Notes: generated by a model not told the origin, from the sequence alone. Counted from the stretch's first letter, positions 1 to 9,536 are shown. The stretch: DNA of 64,000 nucleotides from an uncultured Acidimicrobiaceae bacterium (GCA_963785415.1 CAWAVB010000001.1:1973479-2037478); one strand, 5' to 3'. Numbers and translations are program-made.

Positions 1-348
1 GATCGCTTCTGTCCGATCAACAGCGCCTACAGCGACCATCCGGCCGACGAGATCATGCAGCTAGGTGGGATCGAGGCATTTGACGGGTGCTTCCAGAATC
101 CCGACACCTACCAGGCTGGCGACGCAGAGATCTTTGTACCGTCGCTCGTTCCCCTCGTCTCGTTCCGAGGGCTGGTGCTCTGCGATGACCAGGCACGCGA
201 CTACTGGCTTCCTCTGTTTCGTGCAGCGCTCCGCGAAGTACCTGGTGACACGCTCGCCCCACCTAGGATCGACGTGGCTGTGCGATCAGGCCTCCGCTTT
301 CGCTTCCCCGGAGATTTCTCGCCAACGAGGAGGATTAGGAATGGCTGA
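1..348 (+). CDS. 5'-truncated DarT-like (DUF4433) ADP-ribosyltransferase family protein, C-terminal part
   Basis: Frame 1 is open from base 1: DRFCPINSAYSDHPADEIMQLGGIEAFDGCF...DAEIFVPSLVPLVSFRGLV. This resembles the DUF4433 pattern F-x-x-x-NAA...G-x-E-x-F...QAE-h-h-V-x-x-x-h-P, with the catalytic-type Glu retained. The stop overlaps the start of the downstream glycohydrolase. Confidence 0.5.
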   Translation, partial: DRFCPINSAYSDHPADEIMQLGGIEAFDGCFQNPDTYQAGDAEIFVPSLVPLVSFRGLVLCDDQARDYWLPLFRAALREVPGDTLAPPRIDVAVRSGLRFRFPGDFSPTRRIRNG

Positions 349-1807
349 GATGGCCTCAGCAACAGTGTTCGAGACGATCCCGCGTTCACCAGAGGAGCAG
401 TACTTCTCACGAGTTGCCGGGTCGTTGATCGGATCGGCCGCTGCGGACGCCCTCGGCTGGATCACCGAGTTCGTGCGCGGTCTGGACCACATGCGGAAAA
501 TCTACCGAACCGATCGCGTCACGGAGTACAGGTCGTGGCAGAAGACGAGCGGCGGAAGATTCAACGCGTATATCGACTACATCAGCGCGGGTGAGTACTC
601 GGACGATACTGAACTGACCCTTGCTGTCGCGCGGTCCCTGCGCCCGGACGGTTCAGTTGATGTACATCATCTTGCCAAGGCTGAGTTTCCGCTTTGGCTC
701 GACTACGCGTGGGGAGCGGGCTCCACCATTACTGCCGCGGCCCGATCGTTACAACGGAGATCGGCAGATTGGGACAACAACTTCTTCCGGTACAGGCACA
801 GGGGCCAAGAGCGGGACTACCGTGACGCCGGGGCTAACGGCGCCGCGATGAGGATCGCGCCGATCGCGTTGGCGAACATCGAGGACTCTACGCAGATGAG
901 TCTCGCTGTGTGGCAAGCCACGATCTGCACACACGGTCACCCACGAGCAATCCTGGGTGCCCTGCTTCTTGCCGAGGCAGTTAGACGATGTGCGAGCGAA
1001 GGTATAGAAGCAAGGACGACTCTCTTGAGGAGCCTTGAGAGCTTCGTGGAGGGTTGCGAGCCACCGACGACCAAGGACTTCGAATCGTGGCTGGATCGCT
1101 GGAATGCACCTGGGCGCGACTTTGCACAAGAGTGGGATGTCACTAAGGACGAGGTCCTCCTCGGCCTGAATGCGCTGCGCAGCGTCCGAGAACGCGATGA
1201 CGCTTACCGGCTGATGGACGACCTCGGCTGCTTCAGGCCGGACTCGAAGGGCTCGGGGACCGCGACCGTCCTCGCCGGCATAGCGATCTTCCTCGGTGCC
1301 GGCGACTCTTTTCGTGATGCAGTGCTGCTCGCTGTCAACGCGCTGGGCTCCGATACGGATACGATCGGCGGCTTTGTTGGCGCGATGTGTGGTGCCGCCC
1401 ACGGGTATGACGAGGTACCACCCGAGTGGGCGAGCATGATGCAGGACTACGACTACTTCATGCGGGTCGCGACCGAGGTAACGCGGATCGCGTGTCGATC
1501 TGGACTGGGTGGCGAGGCATTGCGCCCGTCGTCGACTGGTCGGAGGACCGATGTCCCAGACCTGATCCGGCGGCTCCGCAGCCATGACATCAGCCAGGGT
1601 GAGCGCGTATTTCATCCCCTCTTCGGAACTGGATTCGTGAGGTCAGTCGAGGCACAGCATCTGCGTCGTAAGGACGGCGCCAGCGTGGTATTTGCGTGGG
1701 TGATCTTTGATATCGGGCAAAGCTGCAAGTTCCGGTTCATGACGATCCCCTCGGCGAGACGCGCCGTGAGTGAGCGAACGCCGCCAGGGAGACCGCGTCT
1801 CTTCTAG
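341..1807 (+). CDS. ADP-ribosylglycohydrolase (ARH/DraG family) with C-terminal PcrA/UvrD-like Tudor domain
   Basis: ARH motifs: GSLIGSAAADALG, YSDDTELT, NGAAMRIAP, THGHP, GSDTDTIGGFVGAMCGA. RBS GAGGAGG precedes ATG 341. The tail reads GERVFHPLFGTGFVRSVE. Confidence 0.9.
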   Translation: MAEMASATVFETIPRSPEEQYFSRVAGSLIGSAAADALGWITEFVRGLDHMRKIYRTDRVTEYRSWQKTSGGRFNAYIDYISAGEYSDDTELTLAVARSLRPDGSVDVHHLAKAEFPLWLDYAWGAGSTITAAARSLQRRSADWDNNFFRYRHRGQERDYRDAGANGAAMRIAPIALANIEDSTQMSLAVWQATICTHGHPRAILGALLLAEAVRRCASEGIEARTTLLRSLESFVEGCEPPTTKDFESWLDRWNAPGRDFAQEWDVTKDEVLLGLNALRSVRERDDAYRLMDDLGCFRPDSKGSGTATVLAGIAIFLGAGDSFRDAVLLAVNALGSDTDTIGGFVGAMCGAAHGYDEVPPEWASMMQDYDYFMRVATEVTRIACRSGLGGEALRPSSTGRRTDVPDLIRRLRSHDISQGERVFHPLFGTGFVRSVEAQHLRRKDGASVVFAWVIFDIGQSCKFRFMTIPSARRAVSERTPPGRPRLF

Positions 1808-2113
1808 TTGATGAGATGACATGCCTCATGGATTGTTTCGAGGTTTCCTGTTGAGATTGGGCTGAACCGCACTGGATCTGGAGCAGGTCACTTTGATCCG
1901 TGAGAAGTGGATTCATGGAGGAAGAACCCATTCCCCTGGACGAGGGCGGAGGCCCGAGCACCTTGGTGCTCACACGGCTGGAGGCCGGAGCGCCCGAGTT
2001 CGGGGTGTTTTCTGTCCTGGAGTGAATCCTCGGTCGAGCACCCGGAGGGAGACACCAGGCCCCTCTCCGGAGCGTCTCCGAGTGACCTTCGGGGCGGAAC
2101 CCGAAGGTCTGTC

Positions 2114-2279
2114 ATCCCAAAAAAATCCCAAAAACTTTCCAAAACGTGCAAGATGGGTCCTCGCAGCACAGCGGGCAGAAGCGAGCAAAGTCCCAGGTAG
2201 AGCGGCAAATCTGGACAACGGTAGAGGACTGCAGAAAACGGGGCGGACAGGCCGAATAGGTCTCATAATCCGAAGATCG
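2114..2279 (+). repeat. Possible relic attachment-site arm ending in a tRNA-Met-like fragment
   Basis: Tandem ATCCCAAAAA (2114-2123, 2125-2134), then about 130 bp later CTCATAATCCGAAGATCG, which resembles a tRNA(CAT) anticodon arm plus variable loop. Confidence 0.35.
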
Positions 2280-2480
2280 AGCACTGCGATCGGCATGTAT
2301 CGGCAATGGAGGCTCATGCCGTGTGGCGACGAAATAGCGCCGCTGCCAGGACGATGGATGCGACAAGGAGGCCAGAGCACCAGATGGTGGCGACGAAGGG
2401 CGCGTTCCCGGTGGGGGTGTGAAGCAGGAGGCCCCGCCGAAGCTCGACTAGTTGTCGCAGCGGGTTCAGCGTGTACTGGC

Positions 2481-2630
2481 GACTACGGGCGCATGATCCG
2501 TGAGCTCATCGACCCCGACCGATTGCCAGGCGTCTGGGCTGCCGCATCCGCCGGCGCGTTCGAGGACGACGCCGGCGTGGAGGGCGAGTGCCGCTTTTGC
2601 CTCGAACGGTTCCTCGACGGCACCGATTGA
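2481..2630 (+). pseudogene. C-terminal remnant of a TetR/AcrR-family regulator
   Basis: DYGRMIRELIDPDRLPGVWAAASAGAFEDD...ECRFCLERFLDG resembles the actinobacterial TetR C-terminus (P..FP.L.....G.F....F.FGL.R.LDG). No HTH is present upstream. Confidence 0.55.
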
Positions 2631-2861
2631 AGGCATCGAGCCTCGCCGGCTGGCGAGTAGCGCCATCTTCGATCTTCGGTCGGCGAGACTAGAGGAGGAG
2701 CGCAACCTCCATCTCGTTAATCGTCGAGAAACGACAGAGGTCATGACCGTGGAGATGACCGAGCAAGAAGAGCGTGAGATACGCCAGTACGTCGAGTCAC
2801 AGACCGCCGATCGAGACAACGAAGTCCAGCTCGTACAGAGAGTGGGCAGACGGCGAATCGC

Positions 2862-4310
2862 GGTCAAGTCCGGCCGACTGGTGTACGACGACCACCACAC
2901 CAACCGTTGATCGTGTCCCTAGCTGACGGCCTCCAGCTCCGCCGTCTTGCCCACCTCCTTCACCTGTTCGATGTTGCCGGCAATCACGCGCATGCGAGCC
3001 TTGGCGAGGCTGTCAGGGCTCATGTAGCGGCGAGCCACGGCCCACTCGTCGTGCTGTTCGGCGAGGACGGCTCCGACGAGGCGGATGCACGCGGCCCGGT
3101 TCGGGAAGATGCCCACGACGTCGGTCCTCCTGCGGAGCTCTTTGTTGAGACGCTCCTGGGGGTTGTTGCTCCAGATCTGCTTCCAGTGCTCGGAGGGGAA
3201 CGAGGAGAAGGCCAGCAGGTCTGCCTCGGCGTCGACGAGGAACTCGGCGGTGACGGGGAACTGGCCCTCGAGCTGGTCGATGACCCGGTCGAACTGTGCT
3301 TTGACCTGGGTGGCGTCAGCCTGGGCGAAGATCGTCCGCACGAGGGTGGCGACCATCGCCTGGGCGGTCTTTGGTACTCGGGTGAGCAGATTGCGCATGG
3401 CATGGGTCCGGCACCGTTGCCAGGACGCACCGGTCAGCACGGCGCCGATCGCGTTCTTCAGCCCCTCGTGGGAATCGGAGACGACAAGGGCCACCCCGGA
3501 AAGGCCGCGGGCGACGAGGCCTCGCAAGAACGCCGTCCAGCCCGCTCCGTCCTCGGCACTTATGACGTCCACGCCGAGGATCTCCCGGTGGCCGTCGGCG
3601 TTCACGCCCGTGGCCACGACGGTCGCCAACGAGACGACGCGTCCGCCCTCGCGCACCTTGTGGAACAAGGCGTCCAACCAGAGATAGGTATAGGGCCCCT
3701 CGTCCAGGGGACGGTTGCGGAACTCGCCGACCTTTGAGTCGAGGTGCTTGGCGAGCTCGGAGACCTGGGACTTGGACATGCCGTCGATGCCCATCGATCT
3801 CACGAGGTCGTCGACTCTTCTCGTGGAGACGCCTTCGACATAGGCCTGGCAGATCACCGAGACGAGGGCCTGCTCGGCTCGCCGGCGTGGCTCCAACAGG
3901 CTCGGCAGATAGGAGCCTTGGCGAAGCTTTGGGATGTCGAGGCTGATCGTGCCGGCCCGTGTGTCCCAGCGCCGTGCCCGATGCCCGTTGCGACTGTTTC
4001 GGCGATCGTCGGACCTCTCGTTGTAGCCGGCGTTGCAGATGACATCGACGTCCGCGTCCATGAGCAGCTCAGCTGCCATCTTCACCATCTCTCCGAGCAG
4101 GTCGGAACCAGCTGGGCTCTCCAGGTACTTGCGCAGCAGCTCTGCCGCGCCCATGTTGTTGTTGACGGTCACCGCATCTTCTCCTTCGTGAACTTGTCGT
4201 TCTTGAAGGTTGGTGCGGTGGCTGTCGCGTCTGGGGGATGCTCGACGCGAAGCAGTGCTCAGCGCGAGTTGGTCACCTCGGGCTTGTACACCACTTTGGC
4301 GGACTCAACT
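2862..4310 (-). mobile_element. IS256-family insertion sequence (1449 bp)
   Basis: 8-bp target duplication CGAATCGC at 2854-2861 and 4311-4318. Imperfect 25-bp terminal inverted repeats, 18/25 matches (GGTCAAGTCCGGCCGACTGGTGTAC vs AGTTGAGTCCGCCAAAGTGGTGTAC). Confidence 0.95.
2919..4172 (-). CDS. IS256-family (mutator-type) DDE transposase
   Basis: Motifs RNGHRARRWDTRAG, IPKLRQGSY, GVSTRRV, YLWLDA, SDSHEGL, WQRCRTH, SNNPQERLNKELRRRT, GIFPN. Confidence 0.97.
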   Translation of the reverse strand: MTVNNNMGAAELLRKYLESPAGSDLLGEMVKMAAELLMDADVDVICNAGYNERSDDRRNSRNGHRARRWDTRAGTISLDIPKLRQGSYLPSLLEPRRRAEQALVSVICQAYVEGVSTRRVDDLVRSMGIDGMSKSQVSELAKHLDSKVGEFRNRPLDEGPYTYLWLDALFHKVREGGRVVSLATVVATGVNADGHREILGVDVISAEDGAGWTAFLRGLVARGLSGVALVVSDSHEGLKNAIGAVLTGASWQRCRTHAMRNLLTRVPKTAQAMVATLVRTIFAQADATQVKAQFDRVIDQLEGQFPVTAEFLVDAEADLLAFSSFPSEHWKQIWSNNPQERLNKELRRRTDVVGIFPNRAACIRLVGAVLAEQHDEWAVARRYMSPDSLAKARMRVIAGNIEQVKEVGKTAELEAVS

Positions 4311-5242
4311 CGAATCGCCGGCTACACCCATGACCTGTACGACGTGTGGATGTCGAAGGGCGATAGGTGGTGGGTTATCACCGGCATGACCAATCTTTAC
4401 GCCCAGGAAGATTTTCACGACCTCGATCAGGTGTTCACCTTCCACCTTGGCCTCTGTGCTCTGCTCCGCGAGAGATTCCTGATCGAGGCCGACGAGGAGT
4501 CGGCGGAGCACATCGGCCGCGCATGGCGCCGGTACGCGAAGGCGGTTGACGCCATGAGCGAAGCCGAGGAGGCCGAGGACTTCCAGGCCGTCGGAATTCG
4601 TTGCCGCGAGGCGCTGCTCGCACTCAACCGCGACCACGCGACGGCGCCATGGCTCCCAGGAACCGAGCCGCCTCCGAAGGTCGCTGACTTCGGGGGCTGG
4701 GTAGAACTCCATGCTCAAGCCTTGGCCCGCGGCAGGATGCGGGCCTACCTTCGGGACCTGGCCAGTAGGACCTGGGACATCGTGGTTTGGCTCCAGCACT
4801 ATGCAGATGCGACGGAGCTTGATGCCGAGATTGCCCTCGAGGCGACGGCGCACTTCCTTCGTATGTTCGCTCTGGCGGTTCGCAGGTACCAGCAAGGGTC
4901 CTTGCGGCGTTGCCCGTCTTGTGACTCATACCGACTTGCCCAGGACGGCGACGTCGAGGAGCACGACGGACTCCTCGGTTACGCGACTCACGACGTCTGC
5001 CTGGCCTGCGGTTGGACCTCCGAGCAAACATTCGAGCCCTACTCAGCTGAATGGTTCGGGCGGGCCACGGAATATCTCGAAGCTGACCCAGTGGACCTCA
5101 ACGCGATCGGCGCCGATGATGCTCTCGGACGGTCCGGCTACCCCCGTTCGACACGTGGCGGCGCCTCCGATCTGGACCGCTGACACACGTTCACAGATCT
5201 GGGGTGTCTCAACCTGCGGGCATATCGCGCGGGACATCCTCG

Positions 5243-5369
5243 TGTAGCCATTTGTGTAGCCCAGCGCTGAGATCTGGCCAGACGCACTTGGACGCTTATA
5301 GGTCTAGACACCTGTTCAGAGCTGCTCTGTGGACTCTGATGGACGCCCGGATACCCGTTCGATTTCTCT
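5243..5369 (+). repeat. Degenerate 127-bp direct repeat, copy 1 (att-arm-like)
   Basis: Ungapped alignment to 18748-18874: first 23 bp identical (TGTAGCCATTTGTGTAGCCCAGC), about 95/127 identical overall by manual count. Confidence 0.85.
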
Positions 5370-5447
5370 AGGGGTTCCATCCCCAGACCCAAGCGTTTCG
5401 TACCCTGCCGAGCACACCGTCCCCGGTCAGCTTTCCAGTCATCGGCA

Positions 5448-6644
5448 TTACGAGGTGCCGTGCCTGTGAACGATCGACAGATCCTCCTCTGCAAGCGCCT
5501 CCTCTTCTTCGTCCGGGATCGCAATCGTCGGGTGGAATAGCTGCTGGGCGATGACCGTCGGGACGAACGCAGACAGGATCACGACCGTGACCAGCTCGGT
5601 GTACTGGGTCTGGTCGATGAGGTGGTGGGTCAGTCCGAAGAGCGCAGCGATTGAGCCGAACGTCAGTCCTGTCGCCATTAGCAGCGTTGTGTAGGCGCGT
5701 TCCCGGTTTGGGATCCGGAACGATGCCGACGCCGGCCAAACGCCGATGAGCTTCGACAGCATCTTGACTGCGAACAGTGCGCCGATGATCCCGGCCCCTG
5801 TGAAGAGGGCGGGTGCTGAAATGAGGGTTCCCGCTCGAAGGAAGAAGAACGGCGTGAGCAGAGCGAACGAGATCGTGCGGATTCTGTCGAGGATGACCCG
5901 ATCGTGCATGAAGACCCCGGCCACGACAAGGCCTGCCACGTAGGCGGGCAGGACCGCCTCGCTCCCGGCTGCTGTCGCGAGCCCTCCAAGCCCCAGTAGC
6001 ACGACAAGCAGGAACTTGACCTCTGGCTCGCTGATTCGATGCCCGAAGCGTGCGATGACGAGCCGCATCGCCCGGGGCAGTACGAGCATCGAAACCGCCG
6101 TGGTGACGGCGAAGGCCAGGAGCATCCACCCGTAGGTCGCGAAGAACCCGCCGAGTGCCATCACCGTTCCGAGGTCGGTTACGAAACACGCCGCCAGGAT
6201 GAGCTTGCCGATGTCCTCCCGGTTCAGGCCCGTCTCCACCATCACGGCGTAGACAACCGCAACCGATGTTGTGCTGAGGGCAATGCCTCCGATCTCCGCC
6301 GCCTGCAGATGCCAATCGAGGGCGAACCTGCAAATCGCGAAGACACCGGCGAATGGGAGCGCGAACGAGGTCGTGCCGATCACGAGACTCGCTTTCCAAT
6401 GCCGCTTCAGTGAAACCGGGTCGATCTCGGCGCCGGCGAGGAAGGTCAACAAGAGAGACCCAATGCTCGCAAGGAAGGTCGTGAACGCGGTCTGGTCCAC
6501 GTGTTCCTTGATTCCGGGGATGTTGCCTACCACGGCTCCGACGAGTATCTCGACGAGCGCCACCGAAATGCCAACCCGAACACTGATGAACGACGCGAGA
6601 AATGCCATGCCCAGCCAGATCGCAGCGATGTAGTAGATGTTCAC
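5448..6644 (-). CDS. Cation:proton antiporter (CPA2/Na+/H+ exchanger family)
   Basis: Polytopic membrane protein with FLAGAEID, LSTTSVAVV, AACFVTDLG and TPFFFLRAG motifs. RBS GAAGGGGG before GTG. Confidence 0.9.
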   Translation of the reverse strand: MNIYYIAAIWLGMAFLASFISVRVGISVALVEILVGAVVGNIPGIKEHVDQTAFTTFLASIGSLLLTFLAGAEIDPVSLKRHWKASLVIGTTSFALPFAGVFAICRFALDWHLQAAEIGGIALSTTSVAVVYAVMVETGLNREDIGKLILAACFVTDLGTVMALGGFFATYGWMLLAFAVTTAVSMLVLPRAMRLVIARFGHRISEPEVKFLLVVLLGLGGLATAAGSEAVLPAYVAGLVVAGVFMHDRVILDRIRTISFALLTPFFFLRAGTLISAPALFTGAGIIGALFAVKMLSKLIGVWPASASFRIPNRERAYTTLLMATGLTFGSIAALFGLTHHLIDQTQYTELVTVVILSAFVPTVIAQQLFHPTIAIPDEEEEALAEEDLSIVHRHGTS

Positions 6645-6711
6645 GCTTACCCCCTTCTCGGCCGGCAGGGGGTGCGGAATTAGCGCGCGCCTACCAGCAG
6701 CTTCCTTCTCT

Positions 6712-6769
6712 GGTAGAAGCCATCAGTCGAGCGGCGCTCGACGATTCGAGGGGCGGGCCTCATCGCGCC
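6712..6769 (-). promoter_or_regulatory. Fluoride (crcB) riboswitch 1, upstream of the antiporter
   Basis: Minus strand GCGATGAGGCCCGC-CCCTCGAATC-GTCGAGC gcc GCTCGAC-TGATGGCTTCTAC, with a GAGGCC/GGCTTC pseudoknot. A CTACCAG...CTGGTAG hairpin follows and a TAACAT -10-like hexamer precedes it. Confidence 0.85.
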
Positions 6770-7284
6770 TCCTCGGATGTTATCGGGACTCATCGACCCC
6801 CAACTCGTGCCCTGTTGCCAAATGCCCATTTGGGGGAGCCACGCTCAGCGGGCTTGAGCGGTTGCCACGAGGAAGCGAATATCGGCCGTCCTTCGGCACC
6901 ACGACCTCCATGGCCGAAAACGCCAGTCGGAGATTGGTGACGGCGGCTCCCCGACACGGCGAAACTGCCTTTTGAAGTCGTGTTTGTCTTTGCGATCCTG
7001 CAGCGAAAAATGCGTCCAGCTCCAGGGCATCCGTTTTGCTAATCAGGCGTCAAGGAACGCTTTGCGCTATTCGCTTGCGAGTGGATCGAGACGGCGAATC
7101 GCGTCTCGCGGTTGAGGTATTCAGGGCCTTCGGGGCCGCGCCGCCATCTCGGCGAAGCCGTCGGTGAAGGTGTGCACTTCTCGCGCGTCCTTTGCTTCCG
7201 CCTGGTGCGACGAACTCTTCATGGCCCGGACGTCGAGCCGGATCGTGAGTCGCCTGGCGTCCAGAAGGCGATCCCGAGGCCTCC

Positions 7285-7749
7285 TCAGCGGCGCCGGTTG
7301 TCATCGTGGATCAGACCCTCGTCGAGGGCGGCCCGGAACCCAGGATGCAAAGGGAGAAACTGCATCTCCTTCCGAGTGAACCAACCTGTTGCATCGCTCT
7401 CATGAACGCAGTAGGCGAGGAACATTTCCTCGACGTCTGCAAGGACGATATAGAACTTCCAGCCACCTCCACAGTCCTGAATGGTGATGCTGCGAACTCG
7501 ATAAGCAGGAAGTGTTCCTACCTCTTCCTCGGATTCGCGCCGCGCGGTCTCTTCTGGACTTTCGCCCACGCGAATCGCGCCGCCAGGAATGCCCCAGGTC
7601 CCCCCTTCGTCCACCCATCTTGAGCGCTGCTGAAGGAGGAACTGTGGCTCAACACTCAGCGAGAACCCGTACCGGAGAAGGAGGCCAGCACCGCCGAGTG
7701 CTCCCCAATGCACGTGGTTCACGTGACAGATGGTCCAGCGGTCCACCAT
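7285..7749 (-). CDS. NUDIX hydrolase
   Basis: Nudix box G-AIRVG-E-SPEETAR-RESEEEVG, HWGALGGAGLLL N-terminus and LHPGF C-terminus. The true start may be GTG 7722. Confidence 0.85.
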   Translation of the reverse strand: MVDRWTICHVNHVHWGALGGAGLLLRYGFSLSVEPQFLLQQRSRWVDEGGTWGIPGGAIRVGESPEETARRESEEEVGTLPAYRVRSITIQDCGGGWKFYIVLADVEEMFLAYCVHESDATGWFTRKEMQFLPLHPGFRAALDEGLIHDDNRRR

Positions 7750-8111
7750 TCGATGCTAGTGGGGCATTGTGAAACGACCGGCGAATTCCACCGAACGAAG
7801 ATCTTCCTCTAGCGCCCCTCCGGTTTAGCGGAGGAGGCGAGGTAGGGGCGCGCTGGGGACAACGACAAGGAGAGCAAGGAAGGCAAGGCGGGGACTCCGG
7901 TACCAAGGGCAATTTGGCGAGTTTCTGCTCGACCGGGGAGTTTGGTGTCGCAACTTGTCGCAGGCGATGGGGAACCGTCGTCGCCATCGTTTGCCACGAG
8001 ACAAGTGGGGCTCGCTCCAAGGTCGTCCTGCGCGACACGTGATCTGTAGTCCGTGACGCTATTAAGGCGAACGTCACACGGCAGCGAGTGGCCGTACTGA
8101 TTTCGCTCGCG

Positions 8112-9299
8112 TCAAGGCGATCGATGCTGGTCGCGCCGCACTCGGAAAATGACCGGCACGGCCGCGAGCTCGGCGACCACGCAGAACGCGACGACGCCGC
8201 CGAGCGAAACTGAGAGGAGCGCGCCGATGACGACGCTGCCGAGGAACCACGCGATGCCATAGATCCCGGTGAACAACCCGTACGCGGAGGCTCGGCGGTT
8301 CCGGGAAACCATTGGCGCGACCGCGGCCGGGATGATCGCCTCGTGCACGCCCATCCCGAGGCCCCATAGCGCCGCACCGATGAGCGCCGGCCAGAATCCC
8401 GCGAGGAAGACAAGCGGCGCGTACGCGGCCGCGACGATCGTGAGAGGGATGAGCATGCCGATGCCGACACGGTCGAAGACGCGTCCCAAGATGAGCGAGC
8501 CGCTGCCGCTCACCGCCATCGCCACGGCGTAGAAGATCGGGACAAGTGTCACCGACACCGTCTTTGCCTGGGTGAAGTGGAACGCGATTAGCGGGTAGTC
8601 CGCGAAGCCCGCCGCGACGAGCCCCGCCGCGACGAGGTAGACGTAGAACACGCGCGGGAATCCTTTGGTCGTGACCTCCGGGGGACCGGCGGCGAGCTCC
8701 TGTGGCCGCGGGTACTGGACGCGGGCGATGAACAGCAGGGACAGCATGATGACCGCCGGCACTGTGAGCGACGCGAAGGCGAGCTTGTACTGTCCGTGGC
8801 TCACGGCGAGGATGAGGGCCACGGCGAGGGGCCCGAACATCGCGCCGAACTGGTCGAGGCCCTCGTGCAGGCCGAACGCCCAGCCGTAGCCGATTTCCTT
8901 CGCGGCGTGCGAGAGCATCGCGTCGCGCGGCGGATTGCGCGTCGCCTTGCCGACGCGTTCCAGGATGATCAGCAGTGCAGCGATTTCCCAGTTTCCGGCG
9001 AGCGCGAGAAGGGGTACGACCGCCATCTGGAGCACGTAGCCGCTGATCGTGACGGGCCAGTAGCGCTGGGTCCTGTCGGCGAAGCGTCCCGAGAAGGCCC
9101 GGAGCCCGTAGCCGAGGAGCTCGCCGAAGCCGGTAATGGCGCTGATGCCGAGCGCGCCGACGCCGAGGATCGCGAGGTACGGGCCGACGATGGTGCGCGA
9201 GCCCTCGTAGGCGAAGTCCGCGAAGAAGCTCATCACGCCGACGGTGACGATGAACTTCATCGCTGGTGTCGCCGCCCTGAGGCGCTCGCGAGTCGTCAC
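8112..9299 (-). CDS. MFS transporter
   Basis: 12-TM pattern with SFFADFAYEG, GRFADRT, ERVGKATRNPPRDAML and GRVFDRVG. Start placed at GTG 9299 (uncertain). Confidence 0.9.
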   Translation of the reverse strand: MTTRERLRAATPAMKFIVTVGVMSFFADFAYEGSRTIVGPYLAILGVGALGISAITGFGELLGYGLRAFSGRFADRTQRYWPVTISGYVLQMAVVPLLALAGNWEIAALLIILERVGKATRNPPRDAMLSHAAKEIGYGWAFGLHEGLDQFGAMFGPLAVALILAVSHGQYKLAFASLTVPAVIMLSLLFIARVQYPRPQELAAGPPEVTTKGFPRVFYVYLVAAGLVAAGFADYPLIAFHFTQAKTVSVTLVPIFYAVAMAVSGSGSLILGRVFDRVGIGMLIPLTIVAAAYAPLVFLAGFWPALIGAALWGLGMGVHEAIIPAAVAPMVSRNRRASAYGLFTGIYGIAWFLGSVVIGALLSVSLGGVVAFCVVAELAAVPVIFRVRRDQHRSP

Positions 9300-9536
9300 A
9301 TGCGAACCACGCGGAGGAGGTTGCCGCCGTCGCGCACCCCGTGCACGGTGAGGAAACTCCCGGCACGGAAGTTCCTCCACCGCCGGTCGAGCGTGTTTCG
9401 GGAGACAGGCACCTCTATGGCCTCGAGGAACGAGCTACTTCGGGAATCGCTGGTTCGAGCAGCCGGATTCGGTTGATGGGACATGCCACGCCCGCTCGTG
9501 CAGAGGACGATCGCCCGCCGGTTAGACCTCCTGTCG

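Larger units (their letters stand above)
2743..5183 (+). pseudogene. Hypothetical 327-aa protein with C-terminal Zn ribbon, interrupted by IS256
   Basis: Removing 2862-4318 joins MTVEMTEQEE...VGRRRIA in frame to GYTHDLYDVW...CPSC...CLAC...stop 5183. Confidence 0.85.

Noticed and set aside
65-340. N-terminal extension of the 580-aa ORF
   Set aside because: It overlaps the upstream frame-1 gene. The RBS and ARH homology support ATG 341.
3744-4310. First 189 codons of the 479-aa ORF 3744-5183
   Set aside because: Antisense read-through of the IS256; the genuine coding part begins at 4311.
6936-6985. GGTGACGG...AAACTGCC resembling a fifth fluoride riboswitch
   Set aside because: It lacks the GCTGATG-pseudoknot 3' half, and P1 pairing is poor.
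7963-7990. GGCGATGGGGAACCGTCGTCGCCATCG resembling a fluoride aptamer 5' end
   Set aside because: A simple hairpin with no downstream aptamer half and no gene on that strand.
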